Shown here piece after piece: positions 36,493 through 50,300 of a stretch of DNA of 64,000 nucleotides. A program made the position numbers and the translations under genes. Numbering within the stretch: the stretch's first letter is position 1; each line of letters opens with the position of its first letter. Source of the stretch: Phoronis australis (taxonomy: Eukaryota > Animalia > Phoronida); NCBI GenBank assembly GCA_002633005.1, contig NMRA01000040.1, forward strand, positions 17,362-81,361. Reading direction: 5' to 3'. Below the pieces are notes generated by a model. It saw nothing but the letters and a program-made list of their open reading frames with translations, did no database searches and was not told where the DNA came from.

Positions 36493-38539
36493 GGAATTGG
36501 TTTTTGTGGTACCTCGCATGTTTCTATGAGCTAGCTCATTTTTGTGGGTCCTTTTTGGGTTTCTGACGGACCCTTACCAGATTGCAAATTATCTACCATG
36601 AGTTATTTGCTGGGGCATGATTGTTTTAAATCAGATTTGGCCAGTACTTTGAATATCTAATCTAGCTTATTTTTGGACCCTTTGTAAGGTGTAGACACCG
36701 ACATTCATTCATTTCTATGCCATACTGGGGTGCACTCTGAGTGATCCGGTGGTCAGATGTTGGTACCTGGTTCATCTATGTTCTGGGCTGCAGGTGCTAG
36801 AATTCTATTGCCCAGATTGAAAATAACTGTTTGATCACCGACTACGTCGAAATTTTCATTAGTAAATCTTTGCTGAAAGTTCAGTTTTTAGAGCAATAAA
36901 ACTGCTTTTTTGAGGGATGACGTCCTGGTTGAATGTTTTAGGTTATTCAAATGAACAAGACCAACTAATTTCCATCAGAAGACTGTGGAATACGGATTGG
37001 CTCTAGTTTTCCGCATTCCATGGCGTACTTCATGGCCGTAGTCACAAATATATGAAATAAAGGGCAATATTAAGAACACCCTATCGCGTTCATGAGCTCT
37101 TGCTGAAAATTTCTTACCATAAAGTGATTCCGGTGAGAGAAATAGAGTCTGCAAAACAGCAAATAGCATATATTTCGGTTGCCGAACCGAAATTCCATTC
37201 CAATTTGGTTGAAGATAAGTCATGTTTTGTTTTTTTTTAAATACGCCATTCCAGGCAAGTAGATTTAATAGGTAATGCACACGAGACAACGTTTGTGATA
37301 ATGAATTTGATGTGACAAATAGTTCTATCATTGAATGTGAAGCTCGCACTGGCGATGAGAAGGATGGACCTTCCAATGAGAAGGTTGAACCCAAACATGG
37401 GAAGGGCGGGGATAAGAAAGTTGCACCAGTGTTCAGTGTATTTATTAGCTCGCCATGAATTTTGCAATGATCAGCTTTTAAAGCGGACACCGTTAGAAAT
37501 ACTAATCTTGTCAAACGACGGTCAAATCAGACATTTTCAAAAACTGAATTTATTTTTGTATCAGATTTCACTTTCTATTTTTGTGAGCAGGGGAACTGCA
37601 TCTTGAGTAGGCTAGTGCGACGGTGTCTCAAACAGGGTTGGAAGTCAGGTTGTTATAGCGCAGACGATAGAATGGAGCTGAGTTGCGTGCCTCAAGTGAC
37701 ATTTACTCGTCATTGTTGCCGGTACACAGCGAGACAAAACGATAACTAGCCTGTAAACTAAATTTGTAGTAAGCAGCCTAAGAGTATTACACAAGACTAC
37801 TATATACTTATGTTGTCAGATCTAACAATTCATTTTCTTTGTAAAGTCGATGGTAAGCAGCTAAACACTTAGCTCATCATCTCACCTCCATGTTGTGAGG
37901 ATTTACGCTCGCCAGGTAAAAGAAATCCAATATGTGAGACACTCATCTCACCTCCTCGCAAGGCAAAACCTTCACGATTCATTTTGACCCAGACGTGAGC
38001 TATGAGCTGAGCTCATTTACATTCAAGAAGCACAGTACCTCTTCGTTTGCGTAGGCTCTAAGTTAAAATTACAGGCTTTAGTTTCATACATTTCACACTT
38101 GCATTGCTAATAAAATGTTGGACCCTTGTCCATATTACTATCGCATGATGAAATTTATCTTCAGAAATTATATGACAAATGTGCTTCAAAAGCACTTTCG
38201 CTTGGAGATTCGATGTCTTACTGTTCGCATTATACTCCCCCATTTGTATTTTTCATCTGGATGGGTTGCCCAAACCATTCAAAATTATACGCTTGATAAG
38301 TTTGATCGTTGCATGACGTCCGGTGCATTGTTCGAACAACAACAGCAACATGGTGCTTGATAATGCGACGTCATTGTTGTCATGCAGCGAATAACTTTTA
38401 TGCAACTGGGCCCTGGTGGTGAACTCGTTTATTAACTTACAATGTAAACAGCAGACACAACGTTGCTGGTCCTATGGTTGCTTCTTCAGGATTGGGTCTA
38501 TTGGCGGTTGATGTTAGTTGTTGGCGTTGCTTCTTTGGT

Positions 38540-40190
38540 TATGTCGACATCAGATGGATACCAGGCTTTTAGTTAGTTTCGGCCCTTAACCCATAACTAA
38601 CTCCGCTGGCGGCCCACAGTGATGGCAATTCACTACGTATCGAAATACTACCTCCATGCTGGTTCTGACCTTCCGTACCGCAGCTTTCTGTGCTTCCTCG
38701 CTCAATCTACGAATGGCTGTCTTCCGTTTCTTTCCACGAATGTTGAGAGCCTAGAACATTTGCCATACGGACTGTGTAGGAAAACTCCTACACCCAACTT
38801 TTACTGGAAAGAGCCATGTAGGCCGGCCCTGGACTCTATAAGATTCCATTCACTCTGTGTATTTAGCTTTCTTCCTCTCGTTTGTTTCTTCATAGTTCTC
38901 CTCCTAAGGGATAATCAATTCAATGACGATGACGGACTTCTGGCTCATTGACCATATCACAATATCTGGACGCAATGCCTTTATCTGGGAAGACAAGTTT
39001 CTGCTGCAGGTCAGCTCTAATCTCTCAAGTCAATTCCATAGGTAGAAAAGGATCTTGTACACCACTGTGACGGTATTTCTCTCCTGCGCGGACAAAACGG
39101 AAAGATCTCATTGCCTTGGTTGAGCCGATCTTTTCGTCCTTTCCTGGTCCAGTACTTCGGCCAAGGCTCTTAACACCTGGTCATACCTCCATCTATACCT
39201 GCCTTGCTGCAAAGCAACCCTGCACCCTGACAAAATGTAGGCAAGTGAACCGTTCCAACCACATAGTTGCCACTTAATTTCGCTTGTGACGGTAAAACAT
39301 CACAAACTGATCTCAACAGTAATGTGAAACGCAGGGCTCCATTCGCCATAGCTCTGACCGAGTCACCCGCCTTTCGGTTAGGTTCTATCTTGTCCAGACA
39401 CCCTGCTGTCCAAGTTCCACAGATCTGGATTGACACAGTGATTCTTCTGACCGCCTCATTTCCTTCTGCACCAACTTCCTGCGCTCCTTCTCCCCGGTTA
39501 TCTCCACTCCCTGACCTCTGAAGTCCCCAGCCCTTGCCTGTCAACACATGTATTTCCAATAATATCTCTGACAGTGAGTCCGTCCTATGCATCTTCAACA
39601 GTCCGTCCTGTTCTTGTCAATACGCCTGCTCGTTGAACCTTGACATCTTTTCGATCACGCAAGGTCATCACCAGACTACACTTTGCCACCTTAAATTCGT
39701 CAACCAGACATGACAACGGTAGCTGGAGCTCTGAAGACTGGTTAACAGTCCTACTTAAGAAAAATTGGTCCTATTTTAAGCCACCGTCGTAGCACACAGC
39801 TATGTTTCCGCTGCATCGATTCGACTGTTGTTAAAGGTACCTCATAATGTATCCATCTCCACAACATACGTGGGATAAGCCCATGTTGGTAAATCCGTGC
39901 CTTGAAGTTCCCGGGCAAGCTACTGCTCTCTATTTTCTTTAACCAGTTGCTTAATTGATGGACGACATATTTATCATTGCTCGAGCCAGCCAGGGTCTCA
40001 TCTAACTAATTGCATAGGCACCTGTTCGTATGGTCCGCATTGACGGAATCTCTTCCCCTCTTCTCTTAAACTAATGAGTGATCTCCCCATTTCTGAGGTT
40101 CATACAACGGGATTTTCTTGGTTTGAATTTCGCCCGTGCCAACGTGGCTGTTTCTTCAAGCGCTGAGAGCACCCATCTATGGACTATTCT
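38540..40190 (-). mobile_element. 5'-truncated, decayed HERO-type (R2 group, RLE) non-LTR retrotransposon
   Basis: Fragments: RWVLSALEE..ARAKFKPRKSR; LPGNFKARIYQHGLIPRMLW..YEVP..LRRWL; LCG..GSLAYILSGC.VALQQGRYRWRYDQVL; LRPDIVIWS..VIELIIP*EE..ERKKAKY..FPVKVGCRSF (RT end, CCHC, PD-(D/E)xK endonuclease). Confidence 0.85.
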
Positions 40191-41051
40191 CTCAGATCAT
40201 ACACGGTTTCGAGTTGAGCATGCTTAGCGAATGCGCACTCGCCTGGTTCCATTAGACGTTCTTTACATTACGCTCTGGTCGGAAGTATACCGATCTCATC
40301 GCCACGACATGCACATGCATTTATGCACTGTACTTAAGCCACTGGATCAGGGTTCCCTTGATTTTGTTTACTTCGAACTTTGTCCGTTTTAATGAATTGC
40401 AACTATTCAACTTTCAAGTCAAAGGTGTTCGCCATACTACCTAACAGTAAACTGAAAGAGGTTTCCCAGATTTCAGCCAATGAGAACGAATGATTGCTAT
40501 GACGTCAGTTCCGTTACTTTTACCTATGAGAAGCCATGTTAATCAGCACTTGACAGTGCTACCTTTCGCAGCACTGTGAAAGAGTTTACATTTGAAATAG
40601 ATTATAAGACTTTTGCCCAGCGGTCAAATTTGCACACGCGACCTACTTCTGTCTGTTGATAAACGTCGACATCTCCTAATATTTTCGTTCCAGGACAAGC
40701 GTTATACCTGTGGTTTGATAAGCTGTTACGATTCCAAGCAACATAATGAAGTCAGATAGTTGGGAGATGGCTACTAAGACATTAATTAAGTGAGTTCTTG
40801 GCCACAATAAGATTAAAAACCGGACAATCACCAAGCCAATTCAGTTAATGTTATCTGCAGTGAAACTAAGTAGGAATTACTGTACATTAAAGAGTCACTG
40901 GCCATTCAAAATCAGCATGCTACTGATTCTCTGAACAACATGCAGAGCTCAGTGACCCTGCAACAACGGTGAAGACCAGCTACTGACTTCTCTGTATCTC
41001 TCACTTCACTTCATGGATGTCACCTGAGATGTATGTTGGCACTTGTTGTCC

Positions 41052-41104
41052 TATGTGAATATCCTGATGACGTCTAACGAATAGACGAAACGTTGATTTG
41101 TCAT
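41052..41104 (+). ncRNA. Minimal type I hammerhead ribozyme motif in a Penelope-like repeat (~40805-41145)
   Basis: atc-CTGATGA(41064-41070)-c-gtcta-acgaa-tagac-GAAAC-GTT-gat: intact core, 5-bp stem II, palindromic ACGT stem III, short stem I (atc/gat). Confidence 0.65.
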
Positions 41105-43147
41105 GAACTTCTTCCTTTGTGCGGCGATCGTCCGGTGTTTAATTAATTAAATGATACCATGCACACTCCTCATATAAATTAAAACATTCTGTAACACGCA
41201 CTGTGAGTTCATAGTTGTCATAGTTAGTTATAAGATCATCCACGTCTCCAGTAGAAGACACTGTATGGGTTTCATCGTTAACTTGCACATTCACTGACCC
41301 AGTTGCAGACCACGTAGCCTGTAATTTTCCGTTCCGTTTGAGCGGTCGGCATTGAAATATCAGTTCGCTTCTTCTTTCGATTGAATTTGATTTTCATTGA
41401 CAGAAATGTGACCGATTTCCCTCTGTTTGTTGAGAAATGGTTGACGCGCATTATAGGCTGTACACTTCACAATGATTCGATGAGTGCGGTCCAGCTCTTT
41501 TTAAGGGATTAATACCTTTTCTAGGTTAACGTACACTGTCCATGACGTCATTGTCTACGTTGTCGTTTCTGTTTTCTTTACGCCAGTGGTCAATAAGCAG
41601 TTCATCCGAAGGTCATTGAGCTTTGTAGTTAAGTTGAGGATAGACTTTTCACCACTTTTAGAGTTCTCACGAAGCACTAACACATCCACTTCTAAATGGG
41701 CAATCTCATGTTCAGACAACCTTTTCAGGAGTCGGCACAAAAATAGTTCGACAAAGAGACACATTACGAGAACAGTAAGCAGAAGAAATTATGGCACGCA
41801 AAAATGATGGCTTGGCATTGCTTTTGATGCCTGATGTTACAAGATAATCGCGTGTTCTTCCTCGTGGAATACTGCTTCTGGTTACATGTGAAGATTGTCA
41901 GACAGGATCTAAATAAGATAAAGCATTGGAGTTGGCTTACGAAATAAGGTGGCACTGCTGAGTTTGGACTTGAATAAACACGACCCATGGTCTAATCTTT
42001 GTACTTGAAATTGATCTTGAAATTACTTTGACACCTTCATCTCTTCTTTGGTGCAAACCCAAGATAAGTGTTCATCATTATGTTCTCGAGTTCGCGACAT
42101 TATGGACGTGAGTGACTGTCTAATACAAATTTGCACTTCGTGGCCTCAACATTAAAGCAATGACTGAAGTTTCAACTCGAATTCTCGGTTTTATCAAAAC
42201 CTCAAGCTTTCATTCGTGTATTTCGAATATAGGGGTCATCCATTAAGTGTGAACTTGGAAGAGGCCACCCTGGCGTAAACCGTACGCGAGCATAGAATAA
42301 TAGACAATTATCTTGAGTTCTTTTTAAAATAGAACAGAAAATTTCAAAAATAGTTACGAGTTCGATTTCCAGTATAAAAGGATTAGATCTCGGTAGGGGT
42401 CAGGGTCTTGGCAGCTCCAACAGTCTCAGTGTTAGACATGACGCGTAAAACTTGAAAACATAATAGTTAACAGTATGCCAGGCAAAGACTTCACTGAAAA
42501 ACCTTGCACAAAGTTTGTTTAAAACTGATTCCAAAGTGAATTTTTCCATCTTTTGCGTCTACCGCATGCACAGCCGGATACTTAAAAAAACAGAGAAAAT
42601 AAATCTGAAACTAAATAAGGCGATCCAGATCCTCCCAAGGATACTATTGTTTCACGAAATATAGAATATAAATAGGTAAATAAAACAACAAGAATGGATC
42701 AACTGAAATTTTCGGATGTAATAACTCCCTTTGTCAACAGAAACAGAAATAAAGTAAAATCAAACACTATATGACAATTGACATACAAGATATGTGTAAT
42801 GAATATTATACATTTTTGCGTAAAAAATTCAATGACATATTTTAAGAAGTTTTTATGTTCAATCCATGAGGTTCTATTGTATTGAGCTTCTTAAAATATG
42901 TCATTGAACTTTTTAACAACCTGCGCCCACCCACACACGGGGAAAAACGTGACAAAATGTAAAAGTTGAAAATCGCAATATACCCTCCACTGGCGTTTTA
43001 AGGAAGACAGGTGGTAATTGATTCCGCGTAAAAGGACACGTCCACAAATTTTGCTCATCATAAATAGAGCACTATCGTCTATGTAGTGTGTCAAGTCACG
43101 GACCCAAGTGACTACTTGGTACAGGTCTTGTTATCAACACTCGTTGT

Positions 43148-43437
43148 TCAGCTGACCGTAACCAAAGCCTCCGTCTCTTTCGGTGATCCGTTTTCGTCCT
43201 CCCTGGAATCATGAGTTTTATCAACGCTTTGTGCGCCAATCACGGTCTGCGTAGGATTCTGGCTCAGAGTGTACGCGGGAAGGGCGGCAGGAGTCTGATC
43301 AAAGCCTTTCGGTTGGCCACCAAAGCCAGAGGTTGGTATTATTACCTGTTGTTGGTTAGGTTGGCCTGGGGCATACACAACGTCTTGACCGGAGGGCGAG
43401 CTTTGGCAGCAACGAACAGCCTCGCAACAGAATGCTG
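43148..43437 (-). pseudogene. 3' fragment of an MS4A/CD20-like paralog
   Basis: SAFCCEAVRCCQSSPSGQDVVYAPGQPNQQQVIIPTSG.. aligns to 51203-51499. The TM-coding part is missing and the last codons are frameshifted relative to GDGDFGYGQLNK. Confidence 0.85.
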
Positions 43438-43868
43438 TCAGTAGAGAATTTCATCGGGTTAGGGCCACAATTACAATAAGTTTTTCATTTACTAAAGTTG
43501 ATGTTTGAGATGTGACTCGTGAACACCTGTATTGTTTCTGATGAAATGGCTTTTTGTGGAGGTCTATTCCAGATGGGAAGGAAGAGTTTGCGTAGTATGC
43601 AGTGCAAATGTATGTTAGATGTTAACACGAGTAGTATAAGACAAGACTCATCTTTCCGTATGTTTCGTAACACAAACAGCTTGATAGAGATTAAACTATG
43701 ACGCAGACGGTTTCGCTCACGCAACTTAACCTCAATTGTAAAAAAACGAAACCCGGAGGTACTCGGTGCGTACTCGCACAGAAGCGGAAAATAGGGTATG
43801 CCACTCAGATGGAAAACTTCCTACGAAACGATGGTCCTGTTTGATGGAACCTACGAAGGATTTAGAAT

Positions 43869-46800
43869 GATATAAAGGCCTACTACGAGTCCATCATTAA
43901 CCAGAAAGACAAAGAAATACAGCTGCTGAATCAGCAAGTCAACAATTTGTCAGGAAATCTAGACAACTTAGAACAATACTCGAATAATGTAGTTATATAT
44001 GGAGTTGATGAACCTGTAAATGAAAAACCTCGAGCCACTGACAACATTGTGATTGACTCGGGACGCAAACTGGGTCTTGAAATTAACCCCCAACAAATCA
44101 GCAGATCCCAAAGACTTGGGCCCAAACTACGTAAACATGGAGCCAGAGATTCACGGAAAGATCGCCCTATCATCTGTAAATTGACGTCATACAACACAAG
44201 AGCTGCTTTCCTTCACAACAAAAGTCTACTCTGCAAAATGAACTTACCTCGCCCAATCTACATCAATGAAAATCTCACGACACAACTGTCCCTTCTATAC
44301 GCCCGCTGTCGCTGCCTCGTGCAATCTAAAACCATCGCTGAAACGTGGACGCATGACGGTAACGTAACGATACAGCTGCATGATAACAGAATAAAGCAGG
44401 TTTCCTCCGACAGTGACCTTCCAGCTAATTAATGAGCCAACCCGCATCACCGACGTTTCTCATTCATGTATTGTTCTCTGCATAACAAACAATTTGAGTA
44501 TCATTGACTCATGTTCTGTACTCCTCCTGTTGGCAATTCTGATCACCACACAATCGAAACCACTCTAACACCTAAAAAACCGGTTAATGAACAACACACC
44601 ACACGAACCAGTTGGAAATATGATCAAGTTGACTCCGAAAAATTACGTCAGGATTTCACCTACACTGACTGGGATTCCATATTGGACACTGGTGACATTG
44701 ATGACACTGTTTCACTCTTCACTAGTACTCTCTATGAAATTTTACAAAACAACATCCAGTCAACTGAAAGGACAATTAAACACAACAGCCAACCGTGGTT
44801 CAACAATAATGTTAAACGGGCAATCGGCACAAGAAACAGACTTTACAGCTCTTTCAGAAGATCTAACAACACTGTAATCTACAACAGATACAAGGAGCAG
44901 TCACGCCTGGTTGAAACTTTAGTAAATCAAGCCAAAGCTGATCACCGCCACAAGCTTTGTCAAAAATTAACAGTGCAAGCAAGAACTCCAAAGAATACTG
45001 GAACACCATCATTAAAATACGCGGCATTGAAAAACAATCCTCCTATCCAGTCATCAACCACAATGGTAACGTAGTCTCAAGTGGTGACAATTGTGACCTG
45101 TTTCTCAAATGTTTCACGAACAAAAGCCACATTACACCAACTAAAGTAGGTAACTTTCCCTTTCTTCGGGAACGTTGTCTCAATCAACTGTCTGATATCC
45201 CGGCTAATCAAACTGATGTCCGGAAGTATCTCAATGAAATTGACCGCAATAAGAATGATGGCACAGCTTTAATCACCAGCAAGATTATCAACAAGATTGC
45301 CAACGAAATTACCATGCCCTTGACCAATCTGTTTAACAAACTTCTTTAGCTAGGTATATATCCGTCTTCTTGGAAACATGGAATTATGGTCCCTATACAC
45401 AAAAACACTCCAAAACTGAAATTTCAAATTCTATCCAAAATCTTCGAGAAGATCACTGCTCAAAGTTTTCTTACATATCTCAAACAAAACAACTTGATCT
45501 ATCATCGTCAATTTGCTTTTTTGCCTGGAAACAGCACCGTGGCACAACTTGTTGAAATGGTACGTGACATTCATTTACATTTTGAGAAAGGCGAGAGTGT
45601 CAGGTCCATTTTTGTAGATATAGCTTTTGATTTCGACTGTGTCCCTCACGACCTTCTATTTCACAAACTTCGATCCTATGGCATTACTTGTAATCTTTTA
45701 AACATGATCACCTCATATCTCTCCGATAGAACGTACAGTGTTCGTTTCGACGGCGTACTTTCAACTTTATCCCCTCCTGGATTTGTAAACGCAGGTATAC
45801 CGCAGGGTAGCGTATTGGGCCCTCTTCTTTTCTTGGTTTGTATTAATGACCTTCCTGATAACCTGTCAGGTAGCATATACCTTTATGCAGATGACACGGC
45901 GCGTTTTTACCCCTTCGCAGGGAGCAGCCCTGAAAGTTGTTTGCAGCTTCAACACCGCTTAAATAAATTCAGCTATTGGTCACAAGAATGGAGAATGAAT
46001 TTTAAACCAGAAAAAGCGTTGACCTAATCTTCTCCAAATCTATTAATGCTCTCTTCCTTCTTGACCCGTCTTATAACTTTAAACTTAATGATGAAATTAT
46101 TCCTAGAAAACAGTCGCACAGACATCTTGGTATACTGTTCGATGAAAAACTCTCATTCACACTTCACGTTCGGGAGCTCGTGCAAAAAACTCAGAAGCTA
46201 ATTAACCCACTTAAGCTTGTCTCACGTCATCTGAATTCTACACATTTAGAAGTTTTGTTGAAATCATTTATACTTCAACACATCGATTATTGTGATATCA
46301 TATATCAGTTGGCCAATACGGGTGCACTCCAACATTTGGAGAAATTACAGTATCAAGCTGCCTTACTCATAACCGGAGCTTACAGGGGATCCATAGTGTT
46401 AAGGTTTTGAATAGTCTCAAGTGGCCCAAACTGTCTACTCGACACAATCTTCACATGACCACATTTACTTTCAAAGTAATAAACAACGTCAACAACGCCA
46501 CTGTCAAAAAATATTTGATCTATACACTAGGCAAGGCCATCGTAGTAAGTTGAGATCTTCCACCACATATGCAATTCCTCCGTCATTCAGTCAAGCTTGC
46601 AGAAGTTCTACAGTCATGACGTGCATCAGCAACTGGAATTCTCTTCCAGTCTCTGTTGAGGAAAGCAACTCCTACGAGTATAAAAAATAATTTTAGAACT
46701 GTTTTTCACAATTTTGATAACTCAGCACCCTTAACTCAATTCTCCCTTCCCGCGATAACGAAATAGCACTGTACAGATCATGATGTGGTATTTTCCTCAA

Positions 46801-47332
46801 TTCTGACAAGTTTAGACATAACTTTAGTAATGTTTCTCCAAACTGTAAATGTGGTGACCATCAATCTTATCCTCATATTTTCTTCAAATGTCCCCTCATC
46901 GAATACCTGAGAGACTCACTCTTTCGTGCACTCAATGAAAACCAATCAATTGTTAATGTTCTCAATTCTTGTAATAATATCCCAACTGAAGGTACATTAT
47001 TATTGAATGGTAGTCCTAACTTTGACGCCGTTCTCAATGAATTCCTCCTAAGCAACGTTAGCAAATTTTTATGTACCGTTTATCAATATAGCTGTTTCTG
47101 ATTTAAATATATGAATCTGTACATGTTTTTGTCTTATATTTTCGCAATAGCATATCTAAATATTGGGATACTTGTACTAGATAGTACTTAAATGTGTATA
47201 CTTCTGTGTATATTAGTTTCATTTGTGAATTGTTTACAACCCAGATTTAATGCTTCGCGATTTCTGGGTTTGTCATCATTTCTTCCTATGTCTTGTGTAT
47301 TCTTCAATAAATATATATATCACTTTATTAAA
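43869..47332 (+). mobile_element. 5'-truncated, decayed CR1/L2-group LINE
   Basis: ORF1 remnant (coiled coil, LEQYS, VIYGV, RPIICK, YINENLT, WTHDG); APE end (EPTRIT..GNSDH); RT (GIPQGSVLGPLLF, YADD); C-terminal CKCG..HIFFKCP; AATAAA with (TA)n tail. 13-bp TSD aaggatttagaat (43856-43868) / aaggaattagaat (47333-47345). Confidence 0.92.
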
Positions 47333-50300
47333 AAGGAATTAGAATTTAGTTTGGTTAGGTTGCAGGCTATCCAAAACACAGGAGCCGTGAAAGAATTTGA
47401 AGATGGCGAATAAATGAGTTCATTGAGATTTCACATCGACAATACATGCTTCGTCTTCGCCGCGGTCATGGTGGCCGCTCAGTACAGGAGGATTTGACTG
47501 AAGACTTTCTTCAACTTTTCATGTTGATCCAATTCTGTATAATTTTTCCAAATGTCTACAAAATTTTCGATTTAAGTCGGTACAAGTATATATTTTCTGA
47601 AAGTGGAAGGGTTGTAGAATTTCATTTTCGACTATTTATCAGTCAATATTAGGTCCAATTGTGACAATATCTTCTTTTTATTACATTCTAAGGTCCTACG
47701 TAACTTAAGACTCAGTACTGTTCAGTTACCACCAGCGCCAACAGTGAAGTGCCGCTCGAGAATGCGCAACTCGGGAACAACGCATGTTGTTGTTTTTTTT
47801 TTTTGTTTGCAGATGTGAGAAATGACCGCTGATATCAGTTTGCCCGAGATGTCAGAAGGGCAAGTAATGATGTAGAGTTAATTTGTTTGATTACTTAAAA
47901 AGAAGCTATGGCAATATAAAAAGGCAAATGTCTGGAAGGAAAAATACCAACGACTTTTTATTCTTTGGTAATCAACTTGAAAGGCGTGTAAATATTGAAG
48001 GAGAACCAAGGGTGAATGAGACAACACAGTCATCAGGTGGCGAGACCGTCGTGTACACGAGACGGCTCACCTAGAACTCCCAAACAACATGTTGTAAAAA
48101 TCGACACTTCGTGAGTCCATTCGAAAACAATTCGGCACACTGGCAACGTGAACAGGAGTCGTTGTCATCGCTTACCATTGCATTTGATGTCCGACATTAC
48201 AAAGCAATGACATGTTTTTTGCGGAATCAGCAAGTTACATCGGACGGGAAATAATGCGCTAGTGTTCGCTTACAAAGAAAAACTTCTAATCAAAAAGTCA
48301 CTTCTACATTTTCGATCCACCCCCACTTATGTTTTACGTTAAAAATTTAGAAACAAGGTTCTCCAACCTCTTTCATATGCAGCTCTTTACCGTTATTTAG
48401 CAAAAGTACTTTTAATGTATAAAATCCCATTTCAACATGTCAGGAAAGTTATTGAATTTGGCTCTTTTTGTTTAGGAAAACAAAAAAGTTTATTTCTCAC
48501 GATTTATCAGACAACTGACGAAAAAAATGGCGCGGTTACATTTTGCAAATATTCAGTTATTGCGCGTAACTATGTCAGTTGTGGAATGTCAAGTAGTGTC
48601 GATTTGTGTTAGTCAATTCCCCCAGAAAACAAAATGTCTACAGTATTGTTTTTCCTATAATTATAATTATAATCAAAAGTTGGCATTCTAGACTGAGACT
48701 TGTTTACATGTGTGGCATATGGCGGTGAAGCCCATAAGCAGCCAGCCACACGGGGCGGCATAGTATAGAGGTAGTACTGAAATGCCCTGTTAACCACACA
48801 AGACTTTGAACTTACATCTTATAGTGTACACAGACCTGCTCCAAGGAAATATCATAAAGTATTTCTAACTATTTAAAGCACGGAATGTTGCTTCGTTGCG
48901 AGTTTGAAATTAATAACTTCCATCAAGGAGTGTAGTATTGTAGAAAACCCCTTGCTTGCATCTATGTAGAAATGTTTTCTTTGGCGGTGGAACAATAACA
49001 ATTGGTTCAGAAGTTTATATACAATTAGCCGATGGGGTGACGGAAATTTCTTTCATGTTGTGATTCTAAAGATTGATGCGGAAGCTTAAATTAAGGTCTA
49101 CGTGTAAGTTTTAGATAGGGAACAAAAATGATCCCCAAGTAGATCTTCCAGGGAAAGTGTGATTAGTAAAAAGCGTCCAACTTTCATTGATTACTAATTC
49201 TGTCGACACTGGCCACGCTATAGAATATTTCTGAAGTTAAAGGTTGTTGGTCTTGAGGCTATTCACATACAAGCCCATGCTGAGAGGTCACTCAATAGGA
49301 ATGTTGGAGCATTTAGGCTGGCGTTGTGGGGTTTTCGGTTGACAGATCTTGTACCATGCATTGTGATGTGAACATTCTGTTGCGAATTGTTTTATATGCG
49401 CTAACTGCGAAGCGATACCAAAGCTAGTTTACAGTGAAACAACACGAGTGGGTGAGATAAAAGGTCATATATATTATGACAAACTAAACTGCTACAGACA
49501 TCGATAAATACAAAAGTTATATATGTTGAGCTGTAAAGGTGGGTGACAATCTGCCACAGATGCAGCAAAAGGATGCATCAGCCTATGTCTACTATTGTGC
49601 CTGAAGATGATAATTGTTTAATATCCAAATATTATTTCCATGATGCATTCTAGCATAGCTTTTATTTTCATCTGATTTCTTGTTTGGCCAAAAACTAGCA
49701 ATGGTTTTGTCTCCAATTCGAGGAGTGCGGTCCAGTTCTTTTTAAGGGATTAATACCTTTTCCAGGTTAACTTACACTGTCCATGACGTCATTGTCTACG
49801 TTGTCGTTTCTGTTTTCTTTACGCCAGTGACCAATAAACAGTTCCTACGAAGGTAGGGCTCTAGATTATTGAGCTTTGTAGTTAATGAGCAACCTCATTT
49901 TAGACAACGTTTTCAGGAGTCCACACTAAAATAGTTCTACAAAAAGACAAATTACGAGAACAGTAAGCAGACGAAGTTATGACACGCAGAAATGATCACG
50001 ACCCATGGCTTAATCTTTGTACTCGAAATCGATCTCGAAATTATTTTGACATTTCCTCTCTTCTTTTGTGTAAACTAAAGATAAGTGTTCATTATTGTGT
50101 GCTCGAGTTCGTGAATTACTGTCTAATACTAATTTGCACTACATGAAATAAACATTAAATCAATAAGTTAGTTGGAGTTTCAACTCGAATGTTCGTTTTT
50201 AATCAAAATCTCAAGCTTTCATTTGAGTTGAATATTTCGAATTTAGGGGTCATTAAATGCGAACTTGCACGAGACACCCCTCGAGCATAGAATAATAGAC

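Noticed and set aside
37000-38400. ORFs 36975-37514 and neighbours, and a possible signal-peptide exon near 37717-37760
   Set aside because: No recognisable domains; the short hydrophobic stretch with splice-like ends could easily arise by chance.
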